Shown here one piece after another: positions 51,372 through 60,518 of a stretch of 64,000 bases of DNA. Both the position numbers and the translations under genes were made by a program. The stretch lies in IMG/VR virus record IMGVR_UViG_3300029441_000005, positions 1-64,000 of that record; one strand, 5' to 3'. Position 1 is the stretch's first letter; each line of letters begins with the position of its first letter. This DNA is from a virus. The notes under the pieces are model-generated. The model was not told the DNA's origin, searched no databases, and saw only the letters and a program-made list of their open reading frames with translations.

Positions 51372-53252
51372 TTAGTTATTCTGGGCAGAGATGGATACTT
51401 CACCGGTGCTCTTGTTTACAGCAATGTCGATGATAACATCCATTTCGATATCCTGCATTGGAACAACCTCCTTATACTTCAGCTGAGCCCGATATTTACC
51501 CTGGCGAACGTCGGCCTCATTGTTTATCTGAAGCTCTTCGTAACTCTGGGCATCCTGGTCACCTATCCACTCATAGGAAGTGATGGCATTGCGGGTCTGC
51601 AGGTCATCCAGAATTTCTTTTGCTTCGTGATAAATGAGTTTCCACGTATCGAAGGTATTGGGCTCTTCGATGTAGCTCTCTAAAATCGGCCGGAGGTTTT
51701 TCTTCAGATAGAGATTGAGACGAACTATGGAGATGAATTTCTCCAAATCGTCTACTGGGTTCGAAGTGAAACCATGCCAGAGCATAGTGCGCTGACCCTG
51801 GGTCCTGGTGTTCTTTATTACGAACAGGTTCATGTACCACTGAGCGAACTCGTTAAGAGTATCCACTTCAGCAGGTCCTCCCAAGTTCTTCATCACCGGA
51901 CCGAGTGCCGATACGATTACACCCCGGTTCATACCGGAGAACGAATACCAGGGACCGTAGGTAGAAGCGCAGATGGCATCGAGTCCCACTACCGAACCCA
52001 GCACATCGCATTTCTGGAGAGAGCCATTCTCGTTGTAATACTTGATACCACCTCCGAAATATGCCACTTCTTTCTTGGCACCAATGGTCTGTACCAGAGT
52101 CTTCAGTGCCGAAAGGGTCTCTTCGGGAGTTGCTGGGGTACGAGTGTCAGGAGCATACTTAGGCACTTCCACATACAACATCTGTTCGAAGATGTTGTGT
52201 ACATCGGCAGCTACAGAGGTATATACCTTGGTATAATCCGTAGGCAGATGCTGATGTATGTGAGAAAGGATTACCGAATATGCCTCGTAGTAGGCCTTGC
52301 TTGCCTGATATGCCGAGAGCCATTCGTCTGCCGTAGGAGTAGCCCCTGCATTACCCTCAGTACACTGCATGTATATGTTGGTATCGGAAATTTCCTCGGC
52401 ATCCACGGTACCTTCCGTTATCTTACCCACAGTAATCATCGAGTTCCAGTTGGAGAACTGACGAAGAATGGATATGATATCTTCCATGGTCTGAATACCG
52501 GTTGCCAGATTTGCCATGGTACCCTGACCATCGCCTGCCTTACCCTGGATTGCCTCAAAAGTGATGTTGGGAGCATTATCCAGGAAGTTCTGCAGAGTAT
52601 TCACATTTATAGAGGGATTGGTTACTCCCTCGGAAGTGTTTTCAGATACTGCCGAGAAGAACAGCATTTCGTTGAGCATGCTGTCGTACGTCGGAATATT
52701 GGTAATATCATCCCGGCCACCATACTGAATGATGCTTGCACGGAGTGTTGGTTCCGTGGATACATTCAGCTTCAGGTAAAAAGGACGATTGAGATTAACT
52801 CCCGTATCATCCAATACCGGAGAACCAGCCTCTCGAGTACGTATGGCCATGTGCATAGAGAGACTGTTCTCAGCCCCACTCGGGTCGGAAATAGTAATGG
52901 AAATAACCGAAGAACCGTCTGGTACCGATACCGAGGGAACTGCCTGAGAAGAAGCCGGTGTTACCGACATAGGCTTTGCCCAACCATAAGTAGCCCCAAC
53001 TCCAGCTACTCGTGATACCCGGACTTTTGCACCCATTTCCAGGGCTTTCATGATGTTTGATACCGAACCATCCGGAACTATTTCCGAACCGAAGATGCGA
53101 GTGAACTGTGAGGGAGTTGCAATCAAGTCCTTCGGGTCTTCGAATGGACCCTTAGTAGTACGGGCTACTACATTGATTACACCCAACAGAGGTACACTTG
53201 ATTGTACATTCAGGTCCTTAAAATTGAACCTTACTCTTGGAGTCTGTGGCAT
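51372..53252 (-). CDS. contractile tail sheath protein
   Basis: The start was set at ATG 53252 (MPQTPRVRFNF...). N-terminal PLLGVINVVARTTKGP...FTRIFG and C-terminal LRPILESYIEEPNTFDTWKLIYHEAKEILDDL fit sheath N- and C-domains. The gene is GC-rich. Confidence 0.8.
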   Translation of the reverse strand: MPQTPRVRFNFKDLNVQSSVPLLGVINVVARTTKGPFEDPKDLIATPSQFTRIFGSEIVPDGSVSNIMKALEMGAKVRVSRVAGVGATYGWAKPMSVTPASSQAVPSVSVPDGSSVISITISDPSGAENSLSMHMAIRTREAGSPVLDDTGVNLNRPFYLKLNVSTEPTLRASIIQYGGRDDITNIPTYDSMLNEMLFFSAVSENTSEGVTNPSINVNTLQNFLDNAPNITFEAIQGKAGDGQGTMANLATGIQTMEDIISILRQFSNWNSMITVGKITEGTVDAEEISDTNIYMQCTEGNAGATPTADEWLSAYQASKAYYEAYSVILSHIHQHLPTDYTKVYTSVAADVHNIFEQMLYVEVPKYAPDTRTPATPEETLSALKTLVQTIGAKKEVAYFGGGIKYYNENGSLQKCDVLGSVVGLDAICASTYGPWYSFSGMNRGVIVSALGPVMKNLGGPAEVDTLNEFAQWYMNLFVIKNTRTQGQRTMLWHGFTSNPVDDLEKFISIVRLNLYLKKNLRPILESYIEEPNTFDTWKLIYHEAKEILDDLQTRNAITSYEWIGDQDAQSYEELQINNEADVRQGKYRAQLKYKEVVPMQDIEMDVIIDIAVNKSTGEVSISAQNN

Positions 53253-53279
53253 ATAATTATTGATTAAGGTTATGATAGT

Positions 53280-53334
53280 AAAAAAGAATCCACCTCCACG
53301 TACCCTCAAGTAAGAACCAGGGTCGATTGGAGGT
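53280..53334 (-). terminator. compound hairpin plus T6 just upstream of the sheath gene
   Basis: Outer stem cctcca/tggagg and inner stem accct/agggt, with TTTTTT 6 nt after the stem on the minus strand. Confidence 0.4.
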
Positions 53335-53343
53335 ATAGGTGGG

Positions 53344-54018
53344 TCAGGCTCCTTGGGGAACCTTCAGAGTGTAATCGGCATTTTCTAGAAGCACGGAAAT
53401 ATCTCTTATTGGAGTAATTACCTCTGGAGGAGTGTTACCATCTAAGAGGCAATCCTGTACTTCAAATTGGTATACCTTTTCCATCAACCCATTATCCAAA
53501 TCCGGCATGTTATAAAAATTAACTATCCGGAGGAATATATTTCCTGTGAATAGAAATTTGGGTTCTTCGTATGGTTTTAGGTAGCCTCTTTGAGGAACTG
53601 ACCAGAACATAATCTGATGCAACAGTCTCATGTGTTCTGCAGAATGAGCACACAGTCTTATGTTCATGTATTGTGATAGGGTTTCATAAGGTACTTCAGT
53701 TGCAGTGTAACCTATGCCCTCTTCTTTCTCTATTATCTGTCTCGGTAGTCCAATATCTCCAGGATAGAATCCTTCGGAATCAACCACGATACGGGGGGTT
53801 TCTTTTATACCTTTTGAGTGATTGTTACCCACTCCGAATATACTGACGTAGAAACCCTTTTCGTCAGTGATCTTTTTCAGGTCTTCTTTAAACCGTTCAG
53901 CATTTGCTGCACTGGTTGGAAGATAGTCTTCTGGATTTATAGTGTAGCCCAACTTGATAGCCATATTTAATATAGCCACGTATATGGACCTCTCTATAAT
54001 TTCCTGAGAATTTACCAT
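53344..54018 (-). CDS. neck/tail-completion region protein
   Basis: 224-aa ORF. The role is suggested by position only. Confidence 0.45.
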   Translation of the reverse strand: MVNSQEIIERSIYVAILNMAIKLGYTINPEDYLPTSAANAERFKEDLKKITDEKGFYVSIFGVGNNHSKGIKETPRIVVDSEGFYPGDIGLPRQIIEKEEGIGYTATEVPYETLSQYMNIRLCAHSAEHMRLLHQIMFWSVPQRGYLKPYEEPKFLFTGNIFLRIVNFYNMPDLDNGLMEKVYQFEVQDCLLDGNTPPEVITPIRDISVLLENADYTLKVPQGA

Positions 54019-54578
54019 TTTACTTGATTGGGTCTTACACCATACTTTTGAAGTTCTTTACGTATCTCCGTTAGGATAAGTTGCTTGAGCTTATTCTTAC
54101 CACCAGCGGCTTTAAGAGATGGTGCCCATACGGGCCGGGGTGGAATCCTACCATCGCTGGAACCGAATTCCAACATCATGGCTAGTTGGTTTAGTGTTAG
54201 CTTCTTCTGAGAAGAGCGTCTGGTTCCGATTGGTAATCCTATTAGAACCCTCGATTTATACCTATATAACCCAACTGACCTCGAATAGAGACCAGTCAGG
54301 TTATAAATAGGATGTTGTCCCCACCTTTCAATGGTAGCTGGAGATAATGGTTGCCAAGTTACTCCACCACCCATCGGCGGTATACCCAAAGTTAATGACT
54401 TCTTTACGATTGCAAGGAGGTTACGTGAGAATTGACTCACAGCTTTATCATATCCCCTCTGCATACTTGGCCCAAGGTTACTGACTAAAGATTCTACCTT
54501 TTGCCATTCACCGTTTAGCTTTACCTGAAGTACAAGGTCAGATACTTTGGGAAGTGTGATATTTACCTTCCTTGCCAT
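54012..54578 (-). CDS. HK97 gp10-like neck protein
   Basis: RIPPRPVWAPSL resembles the IPARPF motif of the gp10 family. Confidence 0.45.
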   Translation of the reverse strand: MARKVNITLPKVSDLVLQVKLNGEWQKVESLVSNLGPSMQRGYDKAVSQFSRNLLAIVKKSLTLGIPPMGGGVTWQPLSPATIERWGQHPIYNLTGLYSRSVGLYRYKSRVLIGLPIGTRRSSQKKLTLNQLAMMLEFGSSDGRIPPRPVWAPSLKAAGGKNKLKQLILTEIRKELQKYGVRPNQVKW

Positions 54579-54581
54579 TTG

Positions 54582-55094
54582 TTAGAAGTATTTATTGTAA
54601 AAAGCCTTCAGTTCATCGTAAACAGTCCTGATAATACCATCTTTGTGATAGTGGTACTCGCCAGCATAACCTTCTATTCCTCCGAGTTTATTTGCCCACT
54701 TCTCTGTCCAAAAATCGTAGTAGTTATTAGTACGTTTGTGTAGCATACAATGTAATCCACTACATAAGCCCACGATTGGTAAGTATAATGGACCAAGAAT
54801 TCGAGATTGAATACAATGACCAAACTCGTGATTATATACTGGTTCTCTTAATCCTGACTTCTCTGATAGGAAGATATAGTTTCCTAAACTTACTCCTCCA
54901 TTCATTGTTGGAGCCACATAGAAAGCAGTACTCCTTTGTTTTAGGATTCTTTTCTCACCCCGTAGGATTATTTTATAACCGAGTCCGGCAAGGTTTTGAG
55001 GTAATTGCCAAATATACAAAATGATATGCCCAAGAATATGCAGGAACTTACCAAACTTAGTTTTATGTTGGTGTTCTTTTAAGATACTGGACAT
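54582..55094 (-). CDS. hydrophobic protein with HExxH zinc-peptidase motif
   Basis: YNHEFGHCIQSRILGPLYLPIVGLCSGL contains HEFGH, followed by a hydrophobic helix. Confidence 0.5.
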   Translation of the reverse strand: MSSILKEHQHKTKFGKFLHILGHIILYIWQLPQNLAGLGYKIILRGEKRILKQRSTAFYVAPTMNGGVSLGNYIFLSEKSGLREPVYNHEFGHCIQSRILGPLYLPIVGLCSGLHCMLHKRTNNYYDFWTEKWANKLGGIEGYAGEYHYHKDGIIRTVYDELKAFYNKYF

Positions 55095-55097
55095 TGC

Positions 55098-55289
55098 CTA
55101 TTCTTTCTTAAGAGATGCCTTTACTTTGAGATAGTGAACAAAATAACCGGTAATGAAATACACTATCGGGTATAAGATGAGCAAGAAAGCTACCAACCCA
55201 TTGTCCAACCATCTCCAAATGCAGGAGAAGATAATTACTGAAGCTATGGCCAAGGAAATGTATAGCCATCCAAGTTTTGTAATGTTCAT
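55098..55289 (-). CDS. small two-helix membrane protein
   Basis: 63 aa, LGWLYISLAIASVIIFSCIW...VAFLLILYPIVYFITGYF. Confidence 0.45.
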   Translation of the reverse strand: MNITKLGWLYISLAIASVIIFSCIWRWLDNGLVAFLLILYPIVYFITGYFVHYLKVKASLKKE

Positions 55290-55300
55290 GGTTTATAGTT

Positions 55301-56407
55301 TTAGTTGTATGGAGCCACATTTATAAAGAAATGTTTTACACTTCCCACTACTTGGCAGAGTATGGTGTACACCTTATAACCGGAGGTAGGTGCTACATCG
55401 GCTGCATTCTGGTGCATGTGTATCACACTTGTACTATTTTGTTTACTAAATGTAGGAGTTACATTATATGCACATATAAGTGAAGCTGTTGGGGCTAGGT
55501 TATTGAAAGTATGTTCTAGTAGGGTCAGTGTGGGATTACTTGAACCAGTATACCAAAGAGACTCTTTACCTCTTAGATTCCTAACTACATTTGTACCAGA
55601 TGTATACTCTATCAAACTGGTTGTACCTATATATACCGCATTACCCTCTTTTATAATGTATCTAATGATTTGGTTTTCTGTAGCATGGTCACCTAAATCG
55701 CTAAAAGTAGCCTCGAATAGGAAATATATCTCACGAGTTTCTATCATGAGATAGAATGCAGTAAATAAGTCATTCTGAGTATCACCGTTCCACCACATCA
55801 TACCTATTCCAGAAGAATCTCCAAGGGTTTTAACAGTATTATTACCTGTCATCCATTGTAACTTCCTTAGAGCATCTACTAGAGTATCACCGTTTTGGAT
55901 ATAAGGGTCTTGGACATCACCATACCTAATGATATCTGACCAACTAGATATCCTTAGGTCAGAAAGACTTCCACCACCGCTTACCTCTTCCCAACCAGAA
56001 CCGGCACTTACTTTACCAGATATATACACTTTATACCCACGGAATAAGGTTTTCTTGCCTTGTACCCATAGTAAATATTCTACTCGTCCTATAGTAGGCA
56101 TTAAACCCGTGGCTATGGCTATACCATAATAATTACCAGAAGTTATACCTGTATTAGATGGTCCATTTACTACAGTAGCAGCATCAGCCACGAAGAACTT
56201 TACCTTAGTATTTTGAGTACCATCAGAAAAGGGGGCTGAATCATTAAAATCAGTTATTACTAAACTATTAATGTCAGCCTTACCTTTGAAAAGGTTGGCT
56301 ATATTCTGCAGTGTAGTCCTTTGACTAGCCGATATCTGAATTTTCTCTTTACCTGTTGGAGTTACATCAGTAAACTGAGAACTACCTATCTCATGAAATT
56401 CTGCCAT
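55301..56407 (-). CDS. structural protein of unknown role
   Basis: 368-aa ORF in the head-to-tail region. Confidence 0.5.
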   Translation of the reverse strand: MAEFHEIGSSQFTDVTPTGKEKIQISASQRTTLQNIANLFKGKADINSLVITDFNDSAPFSDGTQNTKVKFFVADAATVVNGPSNTGITSGNYYGIAIATGLMPTIGRVEYLLWVQGKKTLFRGYKVYISGKVSAGSGWEEVSGGGSLSDLRISSWSDIIRYGDVQDPYIQNGDTLVDALRKLQWMTGNNTVKTLGDSSGIGMMWWNGDTQNDLFTAFYLMIETREIYFLFEATFSDLGDHATENQIIRYIIKEGNAVYIGTTSLIEYTSGTNVVRNLRGKESLWYTGSSNPTLTLLEHTFNNLAPTASLICAYNVTPTFSKQNSTSVIHMHQNAADVAPTSGYKVYTILCQVVGSVKHFFINVAPYN

Positions 56408-56427
56408 GATATCTTAATGTTTTACTT

Positions 56428-56727
56428 TTATTTTGCATTCTGTTGCCTATACCCAGCTTTAACATCGTCATAAAGAGATACGATATTATAGAATGTAGCT
56501 ACAATTAGACTATCAGTCATCTGAACTACTGTAAGATAGGCTTCAGCCTGTTGAGCAGTTGCTACTGTATCAGTTGTAGTCCTAAATACCAAAGTCTTCC
56601 TTCTCTCTACTCCAGTAAGATTAGTGTCTGAAGTTATTAGGGATTCAGAACTTCCTCCTATTCCGGTATAATCTATATAAAAATTATCACCAGAGCCGTC
56701 ATCCCAAGGTATAGTAACTTTTGCCAT
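56428..56727 (-). CDS. small beta-rich (BACON/Ig-like?) protein
   Basis: 99 aa. SESLITSDTNLTGVERRKTLVFRTT resembles BACON-type strands; the evidence is weak. Confidence 0.4.
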   Translation of the reverse strand: MAKVTIPWDDGSGDNFYIDYTGIGGSSESLITSDTNLTGVERRKTLVFRTTTDTVATAQQAEAYLTVVQMTDSLIVATFYNIVSLYDDVKAGYRQQNAK

Positions 56728-56751
56728 ACGTTAGTTATTAAATTTAGCGAT

Positions 56752-56777
56752 ATAGATGGGATATCCCACCCATCTAT
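56752..56777 (-). terminator. 9-bp hairpin after the Ig-like gene
   Basis: atagatggg / cccatctat with an 8-nt loop. No clear T-run follows. Confidence 0.3.
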
Positions 56778-56794
56778 ACCAAGACTCCTTAGCC

Positions 56795-57427
56795 CTATGC
56801 CTTTGGAGTAACCGTAAATGTAGTGTTGGTGTCCACAGTGACCTGAACTGCCGAGCCATCCTGAGGCACATCGATTGTAGTCGGAGTAACTTCGATGAAG
56901 GGGTCACCTGCAGTCTGGTTAAGAGTAGTTGTTGCCTTCTGACCACCACTGGCCGTAGCAATAATCTGCTGTTTACGAGCTTCAATGGTTTCGTTAGCTG
57001 CAGCATTCAGTGTAAGAATGAATACATACTTAGCTTTTGCACCTGGGTCACCACTAATTGCAGTACCTGAAGTGGCACTTGAACCATTAGCTTGGAACTG
57101 TATTGCAGCTATATCGGCAGCAATAATATCACCAATACCTTTGCTAAAGGTTATTTTTGAAGTATTGGACTTACCAGTTAAAGTTATCGTACCGCCTTCT
57201 TTATCTACTGCAGGACGGGTATTATCGAACTGGATAAACTCAGCTGCAGGAAGGTGGTTAGCAACAAACTGTTTCTTCTCAGCTACTCCTATACCCTCTA
57301 CCTCAAATGTAGCACTTTGGGCTACACGATTGCCACGATCGGCAACTTCAGCTTTTACCTGTAAAGTGGTATCACCTGAACCAGATGAAGGATTGACAAC
57401 AATGCCGTTTTGTTTTACTTCAGCCAT
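56795..57427 (-). CDS. Ig-like/BACON-like repeat surface (decoration) protein
   Basis: 210 aa with beta-rich segments: SGSGDTTLQVKAEV, GGTITLTGKSNTSKITF and DGSAVQVTVDTNTTFTV. The gene is GC-rich. Confidence 0.45.
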   Translation of the reverse strand: MAEVKQNGIVVNPSSGSGDTTLQVKAEVADRGNRVAQSATFEVEGIGVAEKKQFVANHLPAAEFIQFDNTRPAVDKEGGTITLTGKSNTSKITFSKGIGDIIAADIAAIQFQANGSSATSGTAISGDPGAKAKYVFILTLNAAANETIEARKQQIIATASGGQKATTTLNQTAGDPFIEVTPTTIDVPQDGSAVQVTVDTNTTFTVTPKA

Positions 57428-57434
57428 TTTTTAT

Positions 57435-58031
57435 TTATTTGGGTCTTACCTTAAATGTAGTATTGGTCTTTACGGTAGTTTCATCCTCATAAGAATTAAT
57501 TTCGCTTAGTTGAAGGATATACTTGGTCAATTCTACATACCTATCGATATTCTCCATGTAAGAGAGTATCTTTTTTGTTTCTTCTGGAGTTTCTCTCTTC
57601 AGTACTACAAAAAAGAGCAAAGCTTCATCATGTGCTTGAGCTACTTGAGTATCACCTGTGGGAGAATAGACCTTACCATTGATTACGAACTTGTCCTGTG
57701 CCCAGTCAAAGTTCCAATAACCCTCTTTGGTTAAATGACCATTCTCTTCAAGTGACCTCTTAGTTACATATAACACAATGTTGATACCGTCCAGTTCACC
57801 TGAAACAGTCTCTTTTAATGAAGGCCAAGTTCTTATGTAGTTATACTGAATTAATCCGTCCAGAAAATACGGTTCGTAGTTATTACCAGTATCTTCACCG
57901 TAAGACAGAATCTGGTCAAATCTCTTTAACCAGATTAGAGGTTGTTTACCTGCATCCACTTCAACAAAGTCATTTACAATGGCCTTGTATCGGTCCCATA
58001 CTCCTTTTGTAATCCTTTTCCTCCGTGCCAT
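57435..58031 (-). CDS. head-tail joining region protein
   Basis: 198-aa ORF. Its C-terminal motif TNTTFKVRPK is shared with the next gene. Confidence 0.5.
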   Translation of the reverse strand: MARRKRITKGVWDRYKAIVNDFVEVDAGKQPLIWLKRFDQILSYGEDTGNNYEPYFLDGLIQYNYIRTWPSLKETVSGELDGINIVLYVTKRSLEENGHLTKEGYWNFDWAQDKFVINGKVYSPTGDTQVAQAHDEALLFFVVLKRETPEETKKILSYMENIDRYVELTKYILQLSEINSYEDETTVKTNTTFKVRPK

Positions 58032-58034
58032 ACC

Positions 58035-58898
58035 CTATCTCTTTACAGGGAAGCCTGGGTCTGGGCCATCTAATGGTCCTGGCCTCCGGTGGTTGACTAC
58101 TTTTGGAACTACTACCTTCTTCACTGTTCGGCAAATGGGTAGATAGATGGAAAGTCTTTCAGCAAGCATACACAGATTTTGTTTAAGTATATCAATAACT
58201 CCACCTGGTTGCATTGCTTTTATGACATTTGATGAGGTTTTAGATTCAGAGTCAGTATCGTTGAAGAATTCTACCTCAGTTGGACCTGTTTGTATTCGCT
58301 TAACCTCACCTGAACCCCGGCTTGACTCTGAAGACTCGGATTCAGATGTAGAGGATGAGTTACTCTCTTTAACTGATTCTGCAGTGGCACCAACCATCAA
58401 TGAAATCTGCACTACCATATAATCATAGGCTGCCAATTCCATAATTAGCTGGTTTTCTAGAGCTTCGTAATACAACTCATTATTAAATTCCTCTATAGGT
58501 ACTTCATGATTTACTAGCGGCTGAATATATAGCTGCCATTTTTCAATAAACTGTTGCTTCTCTTTAAGCGTAAGTTTACCGAAGATATCCTCAGGGATAT
58601 AAGTGTCTATCAGCTCGTAGATACTGCCAGACAACTGGGTCTTTACCTCTTCACTAACCCCAATAACCTGAGTCTTGGATAATGCAACTCCTCCGACGTT
58701 GTTAGTTATGGTCATCTTGACCACGTAGTCACCAGAAGCTTCATAAAGATGGGAAGCAGTTACCACACCAACGTGTGATTCTGTCTTCCCATCACCAAAT
58801 ACCCATGTTACTGTAAAGTCGTGGGGTAGTTCATCAGCGAATCCCCTAAACCTTGCATTGAGTCCAACTACGGTAGATAAAAAATCTACCTCTTTCAT
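58035..58898 (-). CDS. PKD-domain protein fused to a gp6-like head-tail connector-type region
   Basis: N-terminal FTVTWVFGDGKTESH...HLYEASGDYVVKMTITNNVGG is a PKD signature. The middle segment ELYYEALENQLIMELAAYDYMVVQ recalls gp6-like connector helices. Confidence 0.5.
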   Translation of the reverse strand: MKEVDFLSTVVGLNARFRGFADELPHDFTVTWVFGDGKTESHVGVVTASHLYEASGDYVVKMTITNNVGGVALSKTQVIGVSEEVKTQLSGSIYELIDTYIPEDIFGKLTLKEKQQFIEKWQLYIQPLVNHEVPIEEFNNELYYEALENQLIMELAAYDYMVVQISLMVGATAESVKESNSSSTSESESSESSRGSGEVKRIQTGPTEVEFFNDTDSESKTSSNVIKAMQPGGVIDILKQNLCMLAERLSIYLPICRTVKKVVVPKVVNHRRPGPLDGPDPGFPVKR

Positions 58899-58901
58899 AG
58901 T

Positions 58902-59327
58902 TTACTCGTCGTCTTCGTCCTTCAGCTCATCGAGGATAGCATTTACCAAGTCAAGCTTAGTGTCACCATCCTCCGGCTCAATCTCCAATGAGATAGCCAA
59001 AGCCTTCAGCTCTTCAGTATTGAACTGTTCTTTGATTTTCTCGGGAGCTTCCTCAGCTTCCACGAGTTCATCGAACTTCTTCCGAACTGCTTCCAGGTCA
59101 ACCTCTTTCTTGGGAGCAGGTGAGCTTTCTTTCTGGCCGGGTGCCTTGAATTCCTCGGCCTTGGCCTCGATGAGATATCCGTTTGCCAAGGCTGCTTTGA
59201 TAACCCGCAGATTAAACTGCTTGTCGGTTAATTCCACAACATCTTTGCAGAGAACCTTAATCTTTGAGGCCTGGTCATAGAAGATACTTGCCTTAGGACT
59301 CAGTTTTACATATCGTTTACTTGCCAT
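58902..59327 (-). CDS. hypothetical acidic protein downstream of the capsid gene
   Basis: 141 aa, GC-rich. Confidence 0.55.
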   Translation of the reverse strand: MASKRYVKLSPKASIFYDQASKIKVLCKDVVELTDKQFNLRVIKAALANGYLIEAKAEEFKAPGQKESSPAPKKEVDLEAVRKKFDELVEAEEAPEKIKEQFNTEELKALAISLEIEPEDGDTKLDLVNAILDELKDEDDE

Positions 59328-59342
59328 AGTTAAATTAGTTAA

Positions 59343-59365
59343 GGGGGCGGTATTAAGCCGCCCCC
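59343..59365 (-). terminator. GC-rich hairpin immediately after the major capsid gene
   Basis: gggggcgg-tattaag-ccgccccc. No U-run follows, so it may stabilise or partially terminate the capsid mRNA. Confidence 0.5.
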
Positions 59366-59384
59366 AGGTTTGAGTTGTTGGGTG

Positions 59385-60494
59385 TTACTCGATGATACCG
59401 GTCAGGTACTTGTCTACGTCCATGTAGTCGGGGAATCCTTTGGTAGCGAAATCCTTCATCGCATCGATGAGGATGGAAGCATCCTGATACATCTTCGAGA
59501 AGCCCGTCGTCAGCGAAGCATAGATAGCCTCGGTCTGATTCGAAACTATACGTTCCGACTCCAGCATCAACTGTTTTGCAGTCAGCTTTATCATGGCTGC
59601 TGCCGGGTCTACGAGCATTACCTCGTCTGCCGGAGTACCACCATGGATATAGAAGTCTGCCGAGTTGGGAACCGGAGTCTTCAGGTTCAGGCGGGCATCG
59701 GTAGTACCCGACGAACGCAGTTTGAACTCGGGGAGGTCGAGAAGGTCGAGTGCCTGCTCTTCACCGCCGATGATGGTACGGAACTGACGGCCGAGGCGTG
59801 ATGCTCGAATCCATACCCGGAGGAGGTCACGATACTGTATACCCTTTGTGGTATCTCCCACACCGATGACCGGAGCCGATTCCGAACCGTCCAGCTTGTT
59901 GCCCTTTACGAGGACATCCATAGCCAGAGCATCCATTGCATAACCCAGCTGAACGCCGAAGTCACGAAGGAAGATTGCCATTACGTCCATCGATACATAG
60001 CTTCGTACCTCGTCGGTAACCTTGAAACCCTTGCCGATTTTGAAGAGGTTGACCGACTTCTGGCCGAAGGATACGGTACCCAGAGGAATGGTCTCGGCCT
60101 CGTTCACCCGTGCAGGGTTAGCGTCGGACATGTTGACGAGCGGCATGATTGCGGTCAGCCCGTTGATAGGCTGGTCGGATGCGATGATGTTGGGATAGAA
60201 CGGTGCTTCACGCATACCCAGATAGATTGCCTCACGGACAATCTCCGGAACGAGCCAGCGGAGTTCGGGATTCGGCATGGAGTATATATTCTCCATCGTG
60301 TCGACTTTGGGATTGAACCCGACGGCTTTGAAGTAATCCTCCTTGGTAATGCCGTATTTCTCCTGGAGCATATCACCCAGATGAATGTCTACCGGGAGAC
60401 TCTTGTTGCTTCCCTGTCGGAAGCCGTCCATATTCTTTACGATTTCGGGAAGCTCCTTTAAGTACTGGTCCCGAGTGAAAGTTTTTTCTGCCAT
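59385..60494 (-). CDS. major capsid protein, HK97 fold
   Basis: 369 aa, GC-rich. It lies downstream of the protease/scaffold and decoration genes. Segments such as NEAETIPLGTVSFGQKSVNLFKIGKGFKVTDEV fit HK97-family capsids. Confidence 0.8.
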   Translation of the reverse strand: MAEKTFTRDQYLKELPEIVKNMDGFRQGSNKSLPVDIHLGDMLQEKYGITKEDYFKAVGFNPKVDTMENIYSMPNPELRWLVPEIVREAIYLGMREAPFYPNIIASDQPINGLTAIMPLVNMSDANPARVNEAETIPLGTVSFGQKSVNLFKIGKGFKVTDEVRSYVSMDVMAIFLRDFGVQLGYAMDALAMDVLVKGNKLDGSESAPVIGVGDTTKGIQYRDLLRVWIRASRLGRQFRTIIGGEEQALDLLDLPEFKLRSSGTTDARLNLKTPVPNSADFYIHGGTPADEVMLVDPAAAMIKLTAKQLMLESERIVSNQTEAIYASLTTGFSKMYQDASILIDAMKDFATKGFPDYMDVDKYLTGIIE

Positions 60495-60518
60495 GTTATA
60501 AAATGTTTTTTTTTCTTG

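Noticed and set aside
51774-53015. 413-aa plus-strand ORF
   Set aside because: It lies entirely antisense to the well-supported sheath gene. Long mirror ORFs are expected in GC-rich, codon-biased genes. It has no start context, and its composition is Arg/Cys/His-rich nonsense.
55108-55320. 70-aa alternative-frame ORF overlapping 55098-55289
   Set aside because: The other frame gives a clean two-helix membrane protein that fits between the neighbouring genes. This frame would overlap the upstream gene by 20 nt and has no distinguishing features.
56731-57006. 91-aa alternative-frame ORF (Leu/Arg/Gln-rich)
   Set aside because: It is a same-strand shadow frame of the Ig-like gene 56795-57427, and its composition is typical of a non-coding frame in GC-rich sequence.
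56985-59801. Plus-strand ORFs 56985-57509, 58858-59280 and 59370-59801
   Set aside because: They are antisense to GC-rich structural genes whose products have recognisable motifs. No promoter or ribosome-binding context was seen.
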